Shown one piece after another: positions 57,907 to 64,000 of a stretch of 64,000 nucleotides of DNA (position 1 is the stretch's first letter; every line of letters begins with the position of its first letter). This DNA comes from an uncultured Gemmatimonadales bacterium (GTDB lineage Bacteria; Gemmatimonadota; Gemmatimonadetes; Gemmatimonadales; GWC2-71-9). Where the stretch lies: positions 256,001-320,000 of the forward strand of contig CAWGSK010000012.1 of NCBI GenBank assembly GCA_963825055.1, in the 5' to 3' direction. A model generated the notes under the pieces. It did not search any database and was not told the origin of the DNA. It saw nothing but the letters and a program-made list of their open reading frames with translations. The position numbers and the translations under genes were made by a program.

Positions 57907-60900
57907 AAACCCTGCCCGGGGTTGAGGCTTCCGCCCAGGCGCCTGGTGGCCGTTGCGTCATCGTGGGTCTGGGTGCCTCGGCCGGAGGCCTGGAGGCCAT
58001 CCGCACGCTTCTGGATCACATGCCGTCGACGGAGGACATGGCCTTCGTCTACGTTCCGCACCTGAGCGCCAGTCACCAGAGCCTCCTGCCGGAGCTGCTG
58101 GCGCAGCACACGGAGATGGCCGTGGAGCAGATCCGGGACGGCATGCGCGTCGAGCCGAACCACTTCTACGTGATCGCGCCGGGCACGGGCGTCACGGTGC
58201 AGGGCGGCACGCTCCGGACAGCCCCTTCGGGAGAACACCGGCCTCCATCCGTCATTGACGAGTTCTTCCGCTCACTGGCGGAGGATCAGGGGCCGCACGC
58301 CGTGGGCGTTGTGCTGTCGGGCAGCGGGAGCGACGGCGCACTCGGGGTGCGGGCCATCAAGGAGCACGGCGGCCTGGCGCTCGCCCAGTCACCCTCCACC
58401 TCCCGGCATGAGGGGATGCCACTCGCGGCGGCAGCCACCGGCATGGTGGACAAGGTGCTGGACCTGGAAGTCATTCCTGAGGTCCTGTCGGACTACGTCG
58501 GCTTCCTGCGTTCCCTGAGCGCGTGTGACGGCCACGAGAAGCTCGAGGGACAGGTGCTGGAACTGCTCCCGCAGATCAGTAGTCTCCTGTACGAGGCGAC
58601 GGGGCACGACTTCAGCCGGTACAAGGAAAAAACGCTTGTGCGGCGCATCAAGCGCAGGCTTCAGCTGCACCAGCTCGATTCCGCCGAGCTCTACCATAGC
58701 CAACTGCGCAGCTCGCCCGAGGAGGTCGAGCGTCTTTTCCGCGACCTCCTGATTGGCGTCACGCACTTCTTCCGGGACGCCGAGGCCTTCGAGGCGCTGG
58801 AGCGCCTGGTCCTGGAACCGCTGGTCACGGGTGCCGACCGGTCCGGCGGCCCGGTGCGGATCTGGGTTCCGGCATGTTCCACGGGTGAGGAAGCCTACAG
58901 CCTGGCCATGCTCCTGAGCGAGCTCCGGTCGACCCATGGAGCCGACATCGATGTACAGATCTTCGCCACCGACATCGACGACATGGCACTCGAGGTGGCA
59001 CGCCGGGGACAGTATCCCGCTGCCATCGAGGACCAGCTTTCCTCCGAACGCCTGGAAAAGCATTTCACGACCCACGGTTCCGGATACCGGATCCGGAATG
59101 CGATCCGGGAGATGTGTGTCTTCTCGGTACACAGCGTCATCAAGGATCCTCCGTTCTCCCGGCTGGACCTGGTTTCCTGCCGGAACCTGCTCATCTATCT
59201 CGCGACGGACCTTCAGCGCCGCGTTCTGCCGCGATTCCACTTTGCCCTGAGACCGGGTGGCTGTCTGTTCCTCGGCCCGGCGGAGAATGCTTCCGGCTTC
59301 GACGGACTGTTCACGACAGTGGACGGCCGGCATCGCATTTTCCGCCGGCGGGATACCGTGGCGACGGTGCCGGCGGTGTCGCCATTGACGGCTCTGGACT
59401 GGCGGGCGGCAGCGCCAACGAAGGGAGAGCCGCCCGGCACCTCATCCGCGGATCGCGAGGGAATCCGCTCCCTCGAGCGGGTCATCCTGGAACAGTACGG
59501 GCCGGTGTGCGTGGTGGTGAACGCGAGGCAGGAGGTGGTGTATTACTCCGGCCGGACCAGCCGATACCTGGAACCGCCGGCCGGGGCGCCAACCGTCAAC
59601 GTGGTGAACCTCGCCCGGCGGGGGTTGCGGAGCAGGCTCCGGTCCGCCCTCTCGGCGGTAATGCGCACCGGGGTGCCGCTCGTCCAGCCGGCCGTGACCG
59701 TCCTGACGGAGGAAGGAAAGGAGACCATCAACCTCGTAGTCCGGCCCATGCCCGAGGCCCGGGAGAACGCCGGGCTCTACGTCATCGTGTTTCAGGAGCT
59801 CGCAGGACCGGTCGAAGGCGCCGAGCGGCGACGGACGAAGTCGGATGGTGAGGATCCCGTGGTTCAGGAACTCGAGGCGGAACTGCAGTCAACGCGCGAG
59901 AGCCTGGAGGCCACCATCGACCAGCTCGAGTCGTCCAACGAGCAGCTCAAGTCGTCGAACGAGGAGCTCGTCGCGATGAATGAGGAGCTGCAGAGCGCCA
60001 ACGAGGAGTACGAGACCTCGAAGGAGGAGCTGCAGTCCATCAATGAAGAGATGTCCACCATCAATGCCGAGCTCACCGAGAAAATCGCGCAGCTGGACCG
60101 GGCCAACGACGATTTGCGGAACTTGTTCCGCGCCACCGGCGTGGGCGTCATCGTCCTGGATGCGGACCTCCTGCTCCGTCGGTTTACCCCCGAGGCCGCG
60201 GGGCTGTTCCGCCTGATCCCGGGTGATATCGGGCGCCCCCTCTCGGACGTGCGATCCAGGGTCGATGACGACGTCGTCGAAGTAGCGCGCGAGGTGCTGG
60301 CGACTGGGAGCGAGGTCGAGCAGGAAGTCATGCGCACGGAAGGGAACCGGACCTGGATCATGCGGGTGACGCCGTACCGCTCCGAGGCCGATGCCATTGA
60401 CGGCGTCGTGTTGAGCTTTGCGGACGTCACGGCCATTCGCCGCATCGAGTCCGAGAAGGAGCGCCTGGCCGAGATTGTCCACTACTCGGAGGATGCCATC
60501 ATCGGCAAGACGCTCGATGGCGTCGTCTCCGCCTGGAATGCCGGGGCGGAGCGCCTCTTCGGGTACACCCCTGCGGAGGCGGTGGGCCGACCGGTGGCAG
60601 AGCTCATCGTGCCGCCCGAAGGCAAGGCGTGGCTCGAGGAAGTCTTCCAGCGGCTCCGGCGGGGCGAGCGGGTCGAGCCCTACGAGGTGGACCGTCAGAC
60701 GAAAGACGGCCGGCTGGTCCGTGTCCTGACTTCGGTCTCTGTCATCCCCGGGCCGGAAGGGGTTCCGTCGGGGCTGTCGGCAGTCATGCGGGACGTCACC
60801 CAGCGGGCCCGTGCTCTTGAGGCGCTCCAGCAGAGCGAACAGCGCCTCCGCCTCGCGCTCGCGGGTGCCCCCGTGTTCATGGCGAATGTGGACCGGGAAC

Positions 60901-63461
60901 TGCGATACACGTGGGTCCAGTCTTCCGCCACGGGCCGGCCCGCCTCCGACATGCTGGGGCGCACGGACGCCGAGGTTCTCGAAAACCCTGAGGATGCCGC
61001 GGCGCTGGCCGCCCTCAAGCGTTCCGTCCTCGAGACCGGGCGCGGACGGCGTGAGGAGATCTCGCTCCGGATCGACGGTCTCCTCCGCTGGTTCGACCTG
61101 ACGCTGGAGCCCCTCACCGAGCGCGGCGACGTCACCGGGGTGACCATCGTTTCCATGGAGATCACGCGGCTCAAGGATACCGAGGCCGAGCTGATCCGCT
61201 GGAAACAGTGGGTGGACGCCGCCGTGCGGGCGAGCGGGCTTGCCGTGTACGACTGGAACCACGGGACAGGGCACATCTCATGGGGCGGTGAGACTGGGTC
61301 GATCTTCGGCCTTGATCCGGCGGAGGTGGCCCGGAGCGGCAGGGACTGGGCGAGCCTGATCCACCCGGCAGACCGGGACTACTTCGAGGAACAGGTGCGG
61401 GCCAGCCTTGCTGGGCGCACCAGTTTGCGGGCGGAGTACCGGGTCCTGCACCATGACGGTCACTACGTCCACGTGGAAAACCGGGGTGACCTGCTTCCGG
61501 GGGAGGAAGAAGCTCCCGCCCGGATGGTCGGGTTTCTCACCGATGTGACCGATCGCATCGAGGCGGGGGAGCGCGACCGGCGCCTTGCCGCGATCGTGAC
61601 CACCTCCGATGATGCCATCCTGAGCGTCGATCCCGAGGGCGTCATCACCAGCTGGAATCCCGCCGCGGAGCGAATCTACGGGTACACCGCCGCGGAGGCC
61701 ATCGGGCGCCCGCTGGACCTCCTCGTGCCCCACGATGGGGTGGCTGAACGGACCTGGCTCGTCAACGCCATCCATCGCGGTGAGCGGGTTCGCCTGCGGG
61801 AATCCGAGCGGCGCCGGAAGGACGGAACCAGCGCCACGGTGCTTCTTACACTTTCTCCCCTGAGGGATGTGGGGGGGCGCCTGCGCGGCCTGGCCCTGGT
61901 GGAACGGGACATTACCGACCGCAAGCTGGTGGACGAGGCGCTCCGGACGAGCGAGGCGCGCTTTCGAACGGTCCTCAAGGGCTCCCCGATCTTCGTCTAC
62001 AGCCAGGACAGCGAGCTGCGGTACACCTGGCTGAGCGACACCGCCGATCATCGGGCCGTCGAGCAGATGCTGGGACGGACCGACGCGGAGCTTCTCGAGC
62101 GGTCGGCCGACGTGGAGGTCCTGGTGGCGCTCAAGCGCCGCGTGATGGAATCCGGGCGTGGCCTGCGCCAGGAAGTGGCGGTACGGATCGGCGGTCGTGA
62201 CCGGGTCTATGACCTCATTATCGAGCCGGACCGGGACGCAACGGGCCAGATCATGGGGGTCATGGGTGCAGGGATTGACATCACCGAGCGGAAACAGATC
62301 GAGGAGCAGCTCCGGCGGGCACACAAGCTCCAGGCGGTCGGCAAACTGGCCGGCGGGCTCGCCCACGAGGTCAACAACATGATGCAGGCCGTCATGGGGT
62401 TCGGCGGCATCGTGCGGAAGCGCCTGGGCGACGATCATCCCGAACGGCCCGACGTGGACGAGATCCTGAATGCGGCGCGGCGCGCGGCCAGCCTCACCCA
62501 GCAGTTGCTCGCCTTCAGCCGCCAGCAGGTGCTCCAGCCCCGACTGGTGGACGTCGGGGCGGTGGTGGAGGAGATGCACCCGACCCTGGGGCGCCTGCTG
62601 GGGGCGGACAAAGACCTGGAACTGGACATGGGTCCCCCGGGAGCATGCCGGGTGGACCGGGGGCAGCTCGAGGGGGTCCTGGTCAACCTCGTGCTGAACG
62701 CACGCGATGCGACGCCTCCCGGGGGCCAGGTCCGCATCAGCACCCGGCAGAGCACGCTGGATGACAGCTACCTCCGGCAACATCCGGGCGTGGAAATCCG
62801 GCCCGGGCCGTATGTTGTCCTTGCCGTGAGCGACACGGGCAGCGGCATGGATGCCGAAACCCGGGCCCGGGTGCTGGAACCGTTTTTTACGACCAAGCCG
62901 GTGGGCCAGGGCACCGGTCTCGGGCTGTCCACGGTCTATGGGATCGTCAAGCAGAGCGGGGGATACGTCTGGCTCTACAGCGAGCCGGGCGAGGGGACGG
63001 TGGTGAAGGTATACCTGCCGCTGGTGCAGGGCGAGGCGACCCGGGAGCCGGTGCGGGAGGACCGCGGAGTTGACACTCTGGGGGGCACGGAGACGATCCT
63101 GGTGATCGAGGACGAGGAGATCGTCCGGCGCATGGTGCGCACCGAACTGGTGGAGCAGGGGTACCGGGTCATCGAGGCGGTCAATGGCGCAGACGGCCTG
63201 GACCGGGTCGACGCTGAGCGCGACATCAAGCTGGTGCTCTGCGACGTGGTCATGCCGGTCATGTCGGGCAAGGTGGTGGGGGAGCAGGTGGCCGCTGTCC
63301 GGCCGGCGCTTCCGATCCTCTACATGTCAGGCTACACCGGCGAGGACATCGTTCATCGCGGGCTCCTCGACCCGACGGCCGACTTCATCTCCAAGCCGTT
63401 CTCCGGCGAGGTGCTGCTGCGCCGGGTGCGGGAGCTGCTTGACCGGGCGGCCGCCCGCTAG
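57903..63461 (+). CDS. CheB-CheR-PAS hybrid histidine kinase/response regulator; start uncertain (track start 57777 overlaps upstream gene)
   Basis: GASAGG/VPH/GSGSDG CheB triad; VTHFFRD, WVPACSTGEEAYS, ATDID, SCRNLLIY; coiled coil EELQS.NEE; multiple PAS; AHEVNN, NARDA, DTGSG, GTGLGL; REC (IEDE, LCDVVMP, KPF). Confidence 0.92.
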   Translation: MKTLPGVEASAQAPGGRCVIVGLGASAGGLEAIRTLLDHMPSTEDMAFVYVPHLSASHQSLLPELLAQHTEMAVEQIRDGMRVEPNHFYVIAPGTGVTVQGGTLRTAPSGEHRPPSVIDEFFRSLAEDQGPHAVGVVLSGSGSDGALGVRAIKEHGGLALAQSPSTSRHEGMPLAAAATGMVDKVLDLEVIPEVLSDYVGFLRSLSACDGHEKLEGQVLELLPQISSLLYEATGHDFSRYKEKTLVRRIKRRLQLHQLDSAELYHSQLRSSPEEVERLFRDLLIGVTHFFRDAEAFEALERLVLEPLVTGADRSGGPVRIWVPACSTGEEAYSLAMLLSELRSTHGADIDVQIFATDIDDMALEVARRGQYPAAIEDQLSSERLEKHFTTHGSGYRIRNAIREMCVFSVHSVIKDPPFSRLDLVSCRNLLIYLATDLQRRVLPRFHFALRPGGCLFLGPAENASGFDGLFTTVDGRHRIFRRRDTVATVPAVSPLTALDWRAAAPTKGEPPGTSSADREGIRSLERVILEQYGPVCVVVNARQEVVYYSGRTSRYLEPPAGAPTVNVVNLARRGLRSRLRSALSAVMRTGVPLVQPAVTVLTEEGKETINLVVRPMPEARENAGLYVIVFQELAGPVEGAERRRTKSDGEDPVVQELEAELQSTRESLEATIDQLESSNEQLKSSNEELVAMNEELQSANEEYETSKEELQSINEEMSTINAELTEKIAQLDRANDDLRNLFRATGVGVIVLDADLLLRRFTPEAAGLFRLIPGDIGRPLSDVRSRVDDDVVEVAREVLATGSEVEQEVMRTEGNRTWIMRVTPYRSEADAIDGVVLSFADVTAIRRIESEKERLAEIVHYSEDAIIGKTLDGVVSAWNAGAERLFGYTPAEAVGRPVAELIVPPEGKAWLEEVFQRLRRGERVEPYEVDRQTKDGRLVRVLTSVSVIPGPEGVPSGLSAVMRDVTQRARALEALQQSEQRLRLALAGAPVFMANVDRELRYTWVQSSATGRPASDMLGRTDAEVLENPEDAAALAALKRSVLETGRGRREEISLRIDGLLRWFDLTLEPLTERGDVTGVTIVSMEITRLKDTEAELIRWKQWVDAAVRASGLAVYDWNHGTGHISWGGETGSIFGLDPAEVARSGRDWASLIHPADRDYFEEQVRASLAGRTSLRAEYRVLHHDGHYVHVENRGDLLPGEEEAPARMVGFLTDVTDRIEAGERDRRLAAIVTTSDDAILSVDPEGVITSWNPAAERIYGYTAAEAIGRPLDLLVPHDGVAERTWLVNAIHRGERVRLRESERRRKDGTSATVLLTLSPLRDVGGRLRGLALVERDITDRKLVDEALRTSEARFRTVLKGSPIFVYSQDSELRYTWLSDTADHRAVEQMLGRTDAELLERSADVEVLVALKRRVMESGRGLRQEVAVRIGGRDRVYDLIIEPDRDATGQIMGVMGAGIDITERKQIEEQLRRAHKLQAVGKLAGGLAHEVNNMMQAVMGFGGIVRKRLGDDHPERPDVDEILNAARRAASLTQQLLAFSRQQVLQPRLVDVGAVVEEMHPTLGRLLGADKDLELDMGPPGACRVDRGQLEGVLVNLVLNARDATPPGGQVRISTRQSTLDDSYLRQHPGVEIRPGPYVVLAVSDTGSGMDAETRARVLEPFFTTKPVGQGTGLGLSTVYGIVKQSGGYVWLYSEPGEGTVVKVYLPLVQGEATREPVREDRGVDTLGGTETILVIEDEEIVRRMVRTELVEQGYRVIEAVNGADGLDRVDAERDIKLVLCDVVMPVMSGKVVGEQVAAVRPALPILYMSGYTGEDIVHRGLLDPTADFISKPFSGEVLLRRVRELLDRAAAR

Positions 63462-64000
63462 CTGCGTCCCTCGGCCGGCCGGTGCCCGCCCAGGCGTTCG
63501 AGGCGGAATGCCGGCGCCTCGTACCCCTCCGCACGGTAGTCCTCGGGAATCGCAATGGTGTTCCCGTCCCGCTGCGCCCCATAGTGCGGCGACATGATCT
63601 CCACTCCCGCTTCGTTGAACTTGTCCTGGATCTGCTGGTGCAGCTCCGAGTAGATGCCGGCCATGACGCCGGGCGTCTCGGTGTACGCGTTCAACTCGTA
63701 GCTCACATAGAAATCGTCCAGGCTGGTCTGGAGGACGAACGGTTTCGGCATGTCCCGGATGCCCTCAGTGGCCCCGGCCGCGGCCAGGAGCAGTTCGTGG
63801 ACCTGCCGCCAGGGGACATCGTAGCCGATGGTGACGCCGGTGTGGAGAATGAGGCCCCGGTCGCGGGCGGAACTGCTGTAGTTCACGATGTGGCTCGATA
63901 GCACCATCGCGTTGGGGACGGTGATGTCCGTGTTCTTGATGGTCCGGATCCGGGTGACGAGCAGGGTCTTCTCGACCACGTCCCCTATGGTGTCCGCGAT
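63458..64000 (-). CDS. MscS family mechanosensitive channel, 5' part outside window
   Basis: GDV.EK.LLVTRIRT..N..ITVPN, I.NYS, VTIGYDVPW, L.DFYV.YELN, FNEAGVEIMSPH. Confidence 0.88.
   Translation of the reverse strand: MADTIGDVVEKTLLVTRIRTIKNTDITVPNAMVLSSHIVNYSSSARDRGLILHTGVTIGYDVPWRQVHELLLAAAGATEGIRDMPKPFVLQTSLDDFYVSYELNAYTETPGVMAGIYSELHQQIQDKFNEAGVEIMSPHYGAQRDGNTIAIPEDYRAEGYEAPAFRLERLGGHRPAEGRS

Overview
High-GC bacterial chromosomal segment; gene content suggests Gemmatimonadota or a relative (inference). It is mostly housekeeping: prmC-ylbF-tmk-ctpA, smc-aroF-lolA, rpsF-rpsR-DUF2232-rplI-(DAK2-DegV)-rsfS-(peptidase/WD40/Omp85), pdxJ...ispE-tRNA-Gln-prs-rplY-pth-hppA-ychF, trxA-rsmI-DUF4159 cluster, JAB-dinG, gltX, a minor type IV pilin cluster, tRNA-Ser, a CheB/CheR/PAS hybrid kinase and a partial mscS. 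The main unexplained signal is non-coding. About a dozen intergenic gaps hold tandem arrays of 7-8-nt units from at least six unrelated unit families. In paired sites the G-rich arm always lies 5' of its C-rich complement, and arrays usually start within about 10 nt of a stop codon. One pair of arms encloses a four-helix-bundle (23S-IVS/Avd-like) gene inserted antisense between hppA and ychF, and the same arms occur 'empty' at two other loci. Other observations: GTAG-type REP hairpins next to arrays, four clustered +1 frameshifts at 55.1-57.4 kb, candidate CTG starts, a His-less tandem Hpt-like protein and several domain fusions. All family assignments are by eye; no searches were run.
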